Shown here: positions 1-9,510 of the stretch, one piece after another
How positions within the stretch are numbered: position 1 is the first letter of the stretch
Layout: each line of letters opens with the position of its first letter
DNA from: a virus
DNA: 64,000 nucleotides
Virus record (IMG/VR): IMGVR_UViG_3300037423_000584
Direction: 5' to 3' (one strand)
Translations under genes and position numbers: made by a program
Notes under the pieces: generated by a model
The model's input: only the letters and a program-made list of their open reading frames with translations
Databases searched by the model: none
Told to the model about the DNA's origin: nothing

Positions 1-556
1 TGCCCTCGTGGATTAATTGGTGAATCTTCGTGTGTACTTCTTTACAAATAGGAAGACCGTTGTTTGGATCGAATGCAAGTTCTGGACTTATATTCTCAGC
101 TTTAGGAATAATATGATGTACTTCGATGTTATCTGTTCTTCCAGAAATGGCACATTTATTACCATACTTTTCCAATACTGCTTTTCTGAAATCATCATAA
201 GCAGATTGATTCTTTGCCCATGCTGAGAAGGTGCTGCTTGCTCTGCCATCTTTCCAAGCAGGATGGCTTGGTCCTTTTTGATAAGCATGTTTGCACAATT
301 CATCACAGAATTGGTTCTTGCTGTAAATTACTTTGCTATTTGGTCTACGGAAAAATGCTCCGCAGTTACCACACATACAAAGAGTGCCAACAATTTCCTT
401 CCCATTGCGTGGAAACTGGTGTCCGATTTGTTTGGCAAGTTTACGAATGAAAGGACGGCTTAGACCAGTCTTCTTTTCAATTTCTCTCTGGCCTTCGCCG
501 GACAAAATAAGATCTACTGCGTAAGCTTTTTCTGATTCAGGAACTATTCTAGGCAT
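1..556 (-). CDS. HNH endonuclease with N-terminal HTH-like and Cys-rich segments (truncated by window edge; absent from ORF track)
   Basis: Manual translation from ATG at 556: MPRIVPESEKAYAVDLILSGEGQREIEKKTGLSR...CGNC...FCDELC...KCAISGRTDNIEVHHIIP...NNGLPICKEVHTKIH; open to position 1; overlaps stop of upstream gene. Confidence 0.8.
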   Translation of the reverse strand, partial: MPRIVPESEKAYAVDLILSGEGQREIEKKTGLSRPFIRKLAKQIGHQFPRNGKEIVGTLCMCGNCGAFFRRPNSKVIYSKNQFCDELCKHAYQKGPSHPAWKDGRASSTFSAWAKNQSAYDDFRKAVLEKYGNKCAISGRTDNIEVHHIIPKAENISPELAFDPNNGLPICKEVHTKIHQLIHEG

Positions 557-1862
557 TGTTTTCTCCGGTAATTATTTTTACTATTTCTTCAAATGGTACT
601 GTTTCTATTTCTCTTTCGCCAGCCAACATTGTGCTCATCTTCTTAGATCCATCTTTGTTCATTGAGTGAATCAGGATCTTGGATTCTTTACATAAATTTT
701 TGTTAAGTATATGATCTACAAATTCGCTTCCCTTCTGATTCATTCCTAAATCATAATCTAGGCAAATTAGGTCATATTTAGTTTCTTTGATTTTTTCTAT
801 CGCTTTTGATGGATTTGATGCAAAATCTAGCTTATTTTGATTAAAAACTTCCAAAAAGAACTGATGTCTACGTAATTCATCATCAATAATCAGAATTTTT
901 TTATCCTTTTCATTCTTAAATTCATTAACGAATTTACACTGAAAATTATTCATTATCACGATTTCTTTTTCAGGTATATAAGAATGTTCGTCCATTAGTA
1001 TTGAGTCTTTTGTTCCATCAGGAAAAACATTGGGTTTTCGCCATTCTGATTTCTTCTTTTCTTTAGCAAGCCTTACAAGCTCCATATGCTTGCCGTATTC
1101 TTCTCTTGTTTGTCTATCTCTAAAAGCTTCTATCAAACCAACGAAGGTTGTATTACTTTTCTTGATTTGATCTATTCTGTCTTTTCTTCGGGCATTGAGT
1201 TGATCCAAAAGTCTGTTTCTTGAATCAACGTTTTTCTGATAATCGTTCGTCATAATCTGAGCCTGAGCGTGCATACTTCTAACAAGATTCATAAGTTGGG
1301 CATCACGCTCTTGTGCATCTTCATCGTTGTCAATATCTGTTGCTTTTCTAAGAACATCAACTTCTTCTATGGTCTTCTCAATTTCATCTTCGGCAACTCT
1401 AATGTTTCTAAGAATGCGGTTGCCCATGATTTCTGCTTTAATCAATTCATCAATCTGGCGTTTCTCTGTTGCAAGAATATCTTCGAATTGAATTGAAAGT
1501 GCTGCAAATTCTTCAAGATAGAATTTAATTTCACTTTCTGTAAACTGTTCTTTTAGATTGTCATAATATAGGCTGTTAACAAGCTGAGTCTTAAAGAACT
1601 CTTTTCTCTGTGCTTCTGTTAGATGCTGACCAATTCTTTTAGACGACACGGATGGTTCTGCTTTACTTGTCTTTTCTTTTCTGACTATATCTGTTTTAAT
1701 AGACCCCTTAGAACCTTTAGCTATACCAAGTTTTCGACGAGCATATTTAATTGTACGAATATCTCTCTTAAGTTCTTTAGCAATTTGCTCATCGGTCTTA
1801 TCGAGACAATTGCTTCTGATATATTCTAATTCTTGAGGTTTTAAATATGGATTCTTAGGCAT
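549..1862 (-). CDS. coiled-coil protein with N-terminal HTH-like segment and C-terminal receiver-fold domain
   Basis: 437 aa; C-terminus KKILIIDDE...YDLICLDYDLG...ILIHSMN is receiver-like. Confidence 0.7.
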   Translation of the reverse strand: MPKNPYLKPQELEYIRSNCLDKTDEQIAKELKRDIRTIKYARRKLGIAKGSKGSIKTDIVRKEKTSKAEPSVSSKRIGQHLTEAQRKEFFKTQLVNSLYYDNLKEQFTESEIKFYLEEFAALSIQFEDILATEKRQIDELIKAEIMGNRILRNIRVAEDEIEKTIEEVDVLRKATDIDNDEDAQERDAQLMNLVRSMHAQAQIMTNDYQKNVDSRNRLLDQLNARRKDRIDQIKKSNTTFVGLIEAFRDRQTREEYGKHMELVRLAKEKKKSEWRKPNVFPDGTKDSILMDEHSYIPEKEIVIMNNFQCKFVNEFKNEKDKKILIIDDELRRHQFFLEVFNQNKLDFASNPSKAIEKIKETKYDLICLDYDLGMNQKGSEFVDHILNKNLCKESKILIHSMNKDGSKKMSTMLAGEREIETVPFEEIVKIITGENNA

Positions 1863-1863
1863 A

Positions 1864-2448
1864 TTATATCAATTTAATTTTCTTAGTTATTTCTTTCTTG
1901 AGCTTCTTTAGCTTCTGCTTAGAAAGTTTGCCACCAGAAACAAGCAAGTTAAAATCATGCAGATATTGTCTATCAATAACTTTCTCTAATTTGATTTTCA
2001 TTTCGTCTGTAATCATCTTATTAATAGTATTATCTGAACTTACTCGCTCTATTTTTTCTTCTGTGGCATTTAATAGACTGTTACGACTTTCAAGAGACAG
2101 TTGATAATTTCGCCATTTATCACACTTGTCTTTCTCTGTTCCAAATCGGGCACAATCTACTTTTGAACCAGAATCAAAATATGGACATCTATGGCATGGA
2201 GACTTAACTGTCTTGGTAATATCTTTAAAACGATTAATAAGTCTATTTTTAACAGTGACACGCAAAAAATGTTCCAAATTTCCTCTGTCTTCATTAAAAT
2301 CTGGAAGTTTCTCCAAACAAATGATCCAAATTTCATTTTTTAGATCATTTTCGTCAAGATATCCAAACTTTTTTCCACAATGTTCATTGCTGATTTTATC
2401 GATTATATTAAATACATATTCATCCATCTTCTGATTCTTTCTTTTCAT
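1864..2448 (-). CDS. sigma70/ECF-like RNA polymerase sigma factor with Cys-rich insert
   Basis: DLKNEIWIICLEKLPDFNEDRGNLEHFLRVTVKNRLINRF resembles sigma region 2. Confidence 0.6.
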   Translation of the reverse strand: MKRKNQKMDEYVFNIIDKISNEHCGKKFGYLDENDLKNEIWIICLEKLPDFNEDRGNLEHFLRVTVKNRLINRFKDITKTVKSPCHRCPYFDSGSKVDCARFGTEKDKCDKWRNYQLSLESRNSLLNATEEKIERVSSDNTINKMITDEMKIKLEKVIDRQYLHDFNLLVSGGKLSKQKLKKLKKEITKKIKLI

Positions 2449-2925
2449 TAGCTTTAATAATCTCTTCGCTGTCTACTGGATCTTGTTCCAGTAATTCAGC
2501 AACAACCTTTTCTTCAAGTTCTTTTGTTTCTTTTGCAACACCTTTAATTTTTTCTAACATATATTCTCCATTATAGTTATCGTTTTATAATATATTTATT
2601 TAAATAAATATTATATATTATTATACAGAACGGATAACAAATATAGGTAAATAAAAATGGGAACCTATAAAAGTTCCCATATCTTAGTTCTTTCGAAATG
2701 TATTAAACGTTTTTACCTAACTAGCTTTTTTCTCCATTATGCTGAACTGGTTGGTCATTAAGCTATTTGTTATGGGCTAACTGGATTTGTAGGTTCACCA
2801 AGTCCTTTATACTCAATACTTATAGTAAAATCATCGCCAGATGCAGACCACTGTTGGTTTGTGGAATGCTCAATCCATACTACTGACCAATGAGTTGTCA
2901 GAGTGAAAAGTCTGGATATATAATT

Positions 2926-3153
2926 TCATCTGATGATTTTCCATTCGTCATACCAGCCTTCTGACAGATCTACATTTATCTTATTGAATTCGCAAATTTC
3001 CCGAACTTCTTCTCTTATCTCGTTCTTTTCTTCTTCTGTTGTACATTCGTCAAAAGTTGAACTTATCCAAACCTGTTTTCCATTTTTAGATAAAAGAACA
3101 TATCCATAGAACCCATAGTCGTCACCGAACATTTTACATTCTAGAGTATACAT
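2926..3153 (-). CDS. hypothetical protein
   Basis: 75 aa, operonic overlap with upstream gene. Confidence 0.6.
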   Translation of the reverse strand: MYTLECKMFGDDYGFYGYVLLSKNGKQVWISSTFDECTTEEEKNEIREEVREICEFNKINVDLSEGWYDEWKIIR

Positions 3154-3622
3154 CGTTTGGATTAATCCTTATAATTTCGCGGCCTATCGATTTTGCATAT
3201 TTAACAGCATTGCCAGTCCCGCCACTTGTTCCGTTCCACACAGCGGCCAACTTTTGACAATTATCTATCATCCATATATTTCTATCTTGCATGCAAGAGT
3301 TCGTATAGGTTTTGTCAGAAACAAAGTGCGGGGTTACTATTCTATTTTCTAATATACTTTGATATAACTTCTGGGATTCATAGGGCCAACGAGATTCTTG
3401 GCCGACACATGGGATTGCTGCAATTACTGGAATTTGCAATTCTATCCCAAGGAGGGCAAAGATCATATCAACACCCAAAGCCATTCCAGAAATTAGTTCA
3501 TCTGGTTTTTCCTGTTCAATAACTTTTCTAAGTTCCTGCCGAATAAAATTAGAAAACGGTCCTTTTAAAGAATATTCATTGCCGAGTTTATTGGGTCTGT
3601 GTCCTGTTACTGATAATATCAT
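3134..3622 (-). CDS. SLOG family protein (YspA/DUF1273-like)
   Basis: VTGHRP...ISGMALGVD...RNIWMID...WNGTSGGTGNAV motifs. Confidence 0.85.
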   Translation of the reverse strand: MILSVTGHRPNKLGNEYSLKGPFSNFIRQELRKVIEQEKPDELISGMALGVDMIFALLGIELQIPVIAAIPCVGQESRWPYESQKLYQSILENRIVTPHFVSDKTYTNSCMQDRNIWMIDNCQKLAAVWNGTSGGTGNAVKYAKSIGREIIRINPNDVYSRM

Positions 3623-3936
3623 AGTTTATCCGCCATTTCTGCTAAAATATCCCCATGGCACGCAAGTGGCTTGCAAAAACATCCCAGAGTCTTATCATGT
3701 AAAGTATGAATATTGTCCAGAATCCATTGCCGACGTTCTGGTTCTATTTCTTTATATGCGATTCCTTCTAGCCAATCTTTATATGCTTGAATCGCCAGTT
3801 TTCTGGTTGCGACCTTTATGGGAGCGAGGGTGCTATCCTTATGAGTTGCAATATTTCCAAAGTGATATTTTGAATCCTTTTTTCGTCCTATATAAACGTC
3901 GCATTTGTCTTTCTTTATATTAACTACTTTTGTCAT
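3619..3936 (-). CDS. DUF4326 family protein
   Basis: DVYIGR...FGN...LGCFCKPLACHGDIL. Confidence 0.85.
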   Translation of the reverse strand: MTKVVNIKKDKCDVYIGRKKDSKYHFGNIATHKDSTLAPIKVATRKLAIQAYKDWLEGIAYKEIEPERRQWILDNIHTLHDKTLGCFCKPLACHGDILAEMADKL

Positions 3937-4211
3937 TCTTCAACCTTCTCATAAGTCTTTTCAAAGATGTCAGGTTTGCATGGATACTTTTCTCCATTGA
4001 CTCCTGTTATAATCCAATCTCTTTCGGTGACAATCATTTGGCCCTCAAGAGTATTTATAAAAGCACATATGCTCTTCTGTCTCGGGGGTTCCCAAGATTT
4101 ATCACTGAATTCAAGTAATATAGTGTTATCTTCTATGACACCTTCTATCTTCTTGCCCGGAAACCATTGTTCTGCTTCTATAACTACTGGTTTCTTTCTA
4201 AATTTGGCCAT
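3933..4211 (-). CDS. conserved phage protein (PGDYG-like)
   Basis: KFRKKPVVIEAEQW...TLEG...DWIITGVNGEKYPCKPDIFEKTYE. Confidence 0.75.
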   Translation of the reverse strand: MAKFRKKPVVIEAEQWFPGKKIEGVIEDNTILLEFSDKSWEPPRQKSICAFINTLEGQMIVTERDWIITGVNGEKYPCKPDIFEKTYEKVEE

Positions 4212-4399
4212 TGTAATTCCTTTGCGAATTTTACTTTGTTTATATCAAACCGATATAAACTCTGAGTGTAATAAAGTTTATTATTCATAGACTCAACAGA
4301 CAGAGGGCCGGATAGCTGCCAGCCTTGGGCCAAAAGTTCGTTGATTTCTTTCTCGATCTTTTCTACTTGGGTTGAGTGAACAATTTTGATTTCATACAT
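4184..4399 (-). CDS. DUF1737-like small protein
   Basis: YEIKIV...INELLAQGWQLSGPL; SD-like GAAAGGA upstream. Confidence 0.6.
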   Translation of the reverse strand: MYEIKIVHSTQVEKIEKEINELLAQGWQLSGPLSVESMNNKLYYTQSLYRFDINKVKFAKELQWPNLERNQ

Positions 4400-4639
4400 A
4401 GATATTTTCCTTTCTCTATTAATTATCGTGTTTGTGTCTTTCTATGTTCTGAAAATATCGAGTTTGAATACATGGGTCCGAATGATGGGCAACTTTCATA
4501 CAGCAACGGTTGCCAGAAATAAAATCAGAGGGTGATAAAGAAAATAAGCATTGTTGTTTCTTTATAAAAATGGGGGGTTAGAAGAATAAAAGAATATGAA
4601 CGAAGGATGGGCATCTTCTTTTGGAAGATGCTGAGTGCT

Positions 4640-4880
4640 AGGGTTAGGGCCGCCCGCGGGGGGCCGCCGCAAATATCGACTAGTGTATATTTATAAAAAC
4701 CTGGGGGCGTTAGGGCTTTGTGCGGTACGACAACCGCCTGCTGGCACGGCTTTTGCCTACGACATCCTGGCCGGAAATTTGTCAAATGTCGTACACTACT
4801 ACGACAATGCGGCCGGTAGCAAAGACTGTGCCGGACACCTGCCTAACAACCCCTGAAACTGTAACCCTTGGCGTGACAAC
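4640..4880. repeat. cluster of TACGACA/TGTCGTA and CCTAAC/GTTAGG motifs in divergent intergenic region
   Basis: TACGACA at 4726, 4758, 4800; TGTCGTA at 4787; GTTAGG near 4643 and 4709; CCTAAC near 4842. Confidence 0.6.
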
Positions 4881-5007
4881 GAGTTACGAAAAAAATGGAC
4901 CGTTGAGGAATTTGGAACGGCATCGGCACGGCCGTTGCTCTATGTCTCCCGTCCCCACAAGGGACCGACCCCCGCAACGGGGGGCGTGACAAGTGACAAC
5001 TAGGCTC

Positions 5008-5036
5008 TTGACTTGCACGCGGGGAGTCTCTACAAT
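5008..5036 (+). promoter_or_regulatory. sigma70-type promoter
   Basis: TTGACT-17 nt-TACAAT; -10 box flanked by inverted repeat CGGGGAG/CTCCCCG. Confidence 0.7.
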
Positions 5037-5042
5037 CTCCCC

Positions 5043-5900
5043 GTTAGCCAGTACCGAAACCGAAGCGTCTGCCATTAGGTAGGTGTCAGGGAGTAGGGAA
5101 AGCGGATTATGGAAACTCAGTGTGAGTTTCCCCGCTAAGGGTCTAGACTGGTGACGAACGAAAGGATTGCCCGACACCTAGTAACAAAAACCTAACGGCC
5201 GGTATTAGGAATCTGAGATGGGGACAACCCCTGTTGACTGGTTCTAAGGTACGGGTTGGAGTGAAAATCTCCCGTTGGCTAACCCAACGCAAGTGAATAG
5301 TCGATACCTTAGCTAGATAGGCTTGCCCTATTTGCGTCCCGCAAGGGGTGTGGATTCGGACCCGATGCTAGCGAACGTAATCGGCCACGGGTTTTTGCGA
5401 TGGCCCGGAAAATCGCACTAGGTACGTCGTGACGACGTGTATGGGTTTACCCCAGCCTACGGTACATAGATGGATGGACCGCTGTACTCTGATATAGGGT
5501 AGCTGGGTTTAACGCTCCCATTAAGGTAGGTAGTGTTGCTTAACCAGTCTTATCATATATCGGAATATTGGCAGATGATGCCCGGCCTAGGCTATAAGCC
5601 TCAGAGAAAGCCGTTAAACTTGGGATTCGCGTTCCCCTCAGTCCCGCTTGTGTGAAGCGATACACTGATAAAACGCTATAGCGTCCGAAAAGATTCGCTT
5701 GTGTGACTAATGCCTTACCAGCGTTCACAAGGAATTGAAGTAGGACCACGATTGGAGTCAGCAACTAATCCGGAAGCTATTTGGATGGCCACTGGATAGC
5801 AGGATGTAAATTAAAGAGCGATTGAACGCTTCTATTCAGAGTATAGCCGTCCGTCCATCTGTGGTAAGTAAACTAGGTGAGTGGTCCGGCCTACCCTCAG
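5043..5900 (+). ncRNA. candidate large structured ncRNA / long leader
   Basis: About 860 nt with no convincing ORF directly behind a promoter; many stems, e.g. TAGGTGTCAGGG/CCCGACACCTA, GGAAACTCA/TGAGTTTCC. Confidence 0.5.
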
Positions 5901-5915
5901 AAAAGGTAGGTAGGT

Positions 5916-6182
5916 ATGCAACGGAACACTACGGTTCAAGAGGAACAGGAACGGCGAGAAGTGCAACGCTTTGGGAAAGCTTGCCACGAAGCGTTAGACG
6001 CTTGCCTTCGTAATGTCGAAAGTGCAAGGGTGACGTTTACTGGTCAAGGCGTGGAAGTGGGTGCAATCTCTCTCCGCATCGTTAAGACGTATGATGGCGA
6101 AAACCGGCCGGTTAGGTTGGTATCGGCATCTGCTACGCTCAAATTGCGTCTAAATGCATCGGCAGCTATCGAAAACAAGTAG
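5916..6182 (+). CDS. hypothetical early protein
   Basis: AAAAGGTAGGTAGGT immediately before ATG. Confidence 0.7.
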   Translation: MQRNTTVQEEQERREVQRFGKACHEALDACLRNVESARVTFTGQGVEVGAISLRIVKTYDGENRPVRLVSASATLKLRLNASAAIENK

Positions 6183-6277
6183 TCGGATCGGCTTCGTGCA
6201 GAGGGTACGCCGCACCATTCATCTAGGTTACTAGGATATTGCGAGTCTCCCATAGTCCCCTTACAAGGTAGGTGATT

Positions 6278-6508
6278 ATGGTTCAACATCTAATCAAAGT
6301 CGCCAAAGGTACGATTAATAATCCCGAAATCGTTCGGGTCTATACAATCACTAATGGGATTGTGTCGTATCACATGGATTTTGTGGATTGGTTATCGGCT
6401 ACAGAAATGTATCCCGATGGTTCATTTATCGATATGTTCGATGTTGGGATGCATCGTATCGGTGAAACGTTGGGGTTTTTCCCCGAAATATCAGCACTGG
6501 TCAATTAG
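6278..6508 (+). CDS. hypothetical early protein
   Basis: AAGGTAGGTGATT-ATG. Confidence 0.65.
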   Translation: MVQHLIKVAKGTINNPEIVRVYTITNGIVSYHMDFVDWLSATEMYPDGSFIDMFDVGMHRIGETLGFFPEISALVN

Positions 6509-6621
6509 CGAACCCATAAGGGTTCTATGGGGGATTCTCAATATCTGAAAACATATCTACGGTATCGGTCAAGGTTTCACTTTTGAGCAATCCGAAAGGA
6601 TTGCGGAAGGATGGTATTACC

Positions 6622-7089
6622 ATGACTCAGATCGATACTCCCGTCGAATCCTCTGCCGATGCCACTGAAGGCCAGCGGCAGGGTGCCGCTCCGGCCGCCC
6701 CGAACGCGGATGCGGAGCATTCGACCCGCGTCAAGAAGGTGATGGCCGACGTTCTCAAGCCCGGTTTCGGGAATGAGAACAAGGATGCCGCATTCACCCG
6801 CAAGATCGTGCAGTTGACGTTCCAGCGGGAACTCGGGAACGTGGACATCGCCGACAAGTCGGCCGATTCTGTGTACGCCGAAGCGTGCAAGCGGATCGCC
6901 GACAACGCCGAAGTCGAAGGCCAAGCGTTGAAGGAGCGATATATCGCGTCCGTCACCGCCGTCGCCTTGGGTGCTACGCGGGCCGTTACCCTTAAGGGTA
7001 ACGTCACCGCGATGGAAGCGAGCAAGGCATACGTCAATTTCAAGCCGTCGGCCAAGCTCAACAACCAGACGTTCTTCAACGCTCTGTAA
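6622..7089 (+). CDS. hypothetical protein with GC-rich codon usage
   Basis: AAGGATGG RBS then MTQIDTPVESS...; strong third-position C/G bias; followed by hairpin 7152-7193. Confidence 0.75.
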   Translation: MTQIDTPVESSADATEGQRQGAAPAAPNADAEHSTRVKKVMADVLKPGFGNENKDAAFTRKIVQLTFQRELGNVDIADKSADSVYAEACKRIADNAEVEGQALKERYIASVTAVALGATRAVTLKGNVTAMEASKAYVNFKPSAKLNNQTFFNAL

Positions 7090-7200
7090 CAAGATCCAAC
7101 ACTCTAACTGTCTCTAGTTTCCGGTATCGTAGATATGTAGTAGCTTAGATAGAACAAGAGGCGACCGGGCACCGTGCCCGGCCGCTCTTGTTTGGGAGAT

Positions 7201-7365
7201 AACTACGACATTATGTCGTACCTAACAAATGTTAGGAACGACGGGGAGTCGTACGACATTCTGACACCGAACAGGTGTTAGGGTGTCTTTGTGTCGCACC
7301 TAACGCTTGGCTAACCAGGCAAGGTGTCGTACCGAACAAAAGCCAGCCGAACAAAAACCTAACAG
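7201..7365. repeat. second TACGACA/CCTAAC/CCGAACA motif cluster
   Basis: Palindromes TACGACA-TTA-TGTCGTA (7204-7220) and CCTAACA-AA-TGTTAGG (7221-7236); further copies at 7252, 7325; CCGAACA x3. Confidence 0.65.
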
Positions 7366-7439
7366 CAGACTCGGATGCCGACAGGCGGAGAGTCTGCGAG
7401 CGGCTGCGGCGAAGTACGGGCAACGTGCTTATGATTACT

Positions 7440-8630
7440 GTATCGGCAATATAGCTCTCTATGCGTCATTCTGACGCGGTACTACCAAGTAAGATTGTCA
7501 CACTGTAAATTCAGGCGATGACAATAAGCTATGGTTAGTACATATATCTTATCCGTAATATAGTTCGCCCCAACCTTGTGATAGGTTGTCGATGATGCGA
7601 ACAAATGCGGAGTCAACAGTAGCCAAGTACGGAATTGGCTAGGGTTGTCTTGGTATACTTGTAGGTGTCCAATGATCCTGAAAGGGTGAATTGGGCGTCG
7701 AAACTATATCAGGCTTCTACAGTGACTCTGGTGCCTTGGGTTAGCTCTATCGCGTCCCCTATGCTGTTGGTCAATAGACTGGCGTATAGGTTCGGTGTGG
7801 TATCTAATCTGAGAGCATCCCCTCTTTAGACGTAGAGGGTCAAAGACCGAAGGCAAGGCAAAGCACTACGTGGACACGTAGATGGTTAGGGATTGATACC
7901 TAATGGGTTTCCCTATCCTACCTACCTAATACCACAGTGACTAAGCGGTGCATACCGCATATCCAAACAGGATAGCAACTGTTAGGGATATGGACTGGAA
8001 CACTGACGAAGGGGTACATATCTACCATTGAAGGCCAGACGGTTATCGAAGCCGAATGTAGATTCCCCGCTGATACGAAAGAAACTCTATCGAAGGTGCA
8101 AAGGCGAAGTCATCTTAGATGACGAAGTAGCCGATGAGGTCGATAGTGACGAGTAGTTGAATGTGAAATGAATGGCCTAATTAACATAACCCGAACCCAG
8201 GATATCCAAGTAAGAACGGTTGGACAGCTATCACATCGAAAGTCAAGCGATGATGCTGCATCACTTCCTAGTATGAAAACGGATAGCGTCTTTCCTATAA
8301 TGACGTAAATGGCTGGGATAACTAAACTTATAGACGATTGTAGGTTGTCGTATAACCTACAGTTTGTAGTGTAACCATTTCAAAACTTGTCTCATGTAAT
8401 AGTCCCAAACACAATGCAGTCAGAGCAAAGCTCATTCTGAATCCATTGATTATGCGTGGGTTTCGCTATGGAGTCCTTTGGACTCAGATTGCAACTCTGT
8501 CGTCAAACGACATGGACTAACACAGATTAGGTTTCGAAAGAAACTGATACCTCTCGGTATCGTTTTGGATGGAAGCACGAACAACACATGCGGGGATCGG
8601 TTCGTGAATAACTGACCGATTCCCTTTTTT
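7440..8630 (+). ncRNA. candidate large structured ncRNA
   Basis: About 1.2 kb with no ORF of 60 aa or more, dense hairpins, ends in intrinsic terminator just before a tRNA. Confidence 0.55.
8592..8630 (+). terminator. intrinsic terminator with U-GAAUA-A loop
   Basis: GGGGATCGGTTCG-TGAATAA-CTGACCGATTCCC-TTTTTT. Confidence 0.8.
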
Positions 8631-8663
8631 CGTTTCCAAATCCAGGTTCTAACTAAAAAGGTA

Positions 8664-8736
8664 GGGCATATAGCTCAACGGTTAGAGCAGAGCACTCATA
8701 ATGCTTTGGTTCTAGGTTCGAATCCTAGTATGCCCA
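8664..8736 (+). tRNA. tRNA CAT (Ile2-like or elongator Met)
   Basis: Canonical cloverleaf GGGCATA/TATGCCC, loop CTCATAA, TTCGAAT. Confidence 0.9.
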
Positions 8737-8909
8737 TTGGTCATCTAACAAAGGTAGGTTAGCTATGGTCAAGTTTGATCGAACGTTCTTGTTCTTGGTT
8801 TCGTTCCTCATGCTTGCATGGGGATTGGCAGCGGTCGCGTCCAGGCATTAATTGCGGCGGCTGCTCGGAAGGATGGTAAGGAAACCCATTTTTACTAAGG
8901 TAGGTAAAT

Positions 8910-9185
8910 ATGCGTCGTTCTCTTCGTTCACTCATGGATGGATCGGCCGTAGGTGGCGTTTGTCATTCGGTTGAAACTCCTAATCCGCGTAGGGTTGGAT
9001 TTTATCCCAACGTGGAAGGATTTGAATGGATTCATGATAATTTCGTGAATACCGATCAAATCGTTGAACAGCAAATCAAGCTGGGATATCATCCGGCCGG
9101 TTATGGCGGTCCTTATGATATCAAGCAGGAGCAGAGGGGTGATAAGGTTATTATCACTTGGAAATGCTCTGATAATTGTGATTAA
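8910..9185 (+). CDS. hypothetical protein
   Basis: AAGGTAGGT RBS. Confidence 0.7.
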   Translation: MRRSLRSLMDGSAVGGVCHSVETPNPRRVGFYPNVEGFEWIHDNFVNTDQIVEQQIKLGYHPAGYGGPYDIKQEQRGDKVIITWKCSDNCD

Positions 9186-9229
9186 AAATCACTCACAACC
9201 TCTGTATCGAAAGATACTTAGGTTGTTTC

Positions 9230-9348
9230 TACCTACCTTGAGAATCCATACATTGAATAGATGTGTGGGTTCTTTGCTCAGCCAGATGGCAGATAATATT
9301 AATAAGTCTGGCTAAAGTCCCATCGATGAATAACTGATGGGATTTTTT
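9230..9348 (+). terminator. TACCTACCTT element followed by two GAAUA-loop hairpins
   Basis: AGAATCCATACAT-TGAATAG-ATGTGTGGGTTCT and AAAGTCCCATC..TGAATAA..GATGGGATTTTTT. Confidence 0.7.
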
Positions 9349-9510
9349 ATTGATAAGTACAGGGTCGCCTCATAGTAAGCCAATTTCCCCTAGTCAGAGC
9401 ATATAGGGCTTGCAAGGCTTAAGAATGGGATAACCATCACCCTGTTACATTTAATAACAAATCGCGGTCGTTGCCGCGAAACATGGATACCATCAAAGGT
9501 AGGTATTATC

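Noticed and set aside
2-30. GCCCTCGTGG at window start resembling the 5' end of tRNA-like copy 4
   Set aside because: No anticodon arm, T arm or closing strand; it is the antisense of the HNH coding sequence
7809-7815. CTGAGAG in the large non-coding region as a partner for the CTCTCAG loops
   Set aside because: A single 7-mer is expected by chance in 64 kb
8003-8085. Hammerhead ribozyme suggested by CTGACGA...GAAA
   Set aside because: Stem II is not directly followed by GAAA, and stems I/III could not be formed
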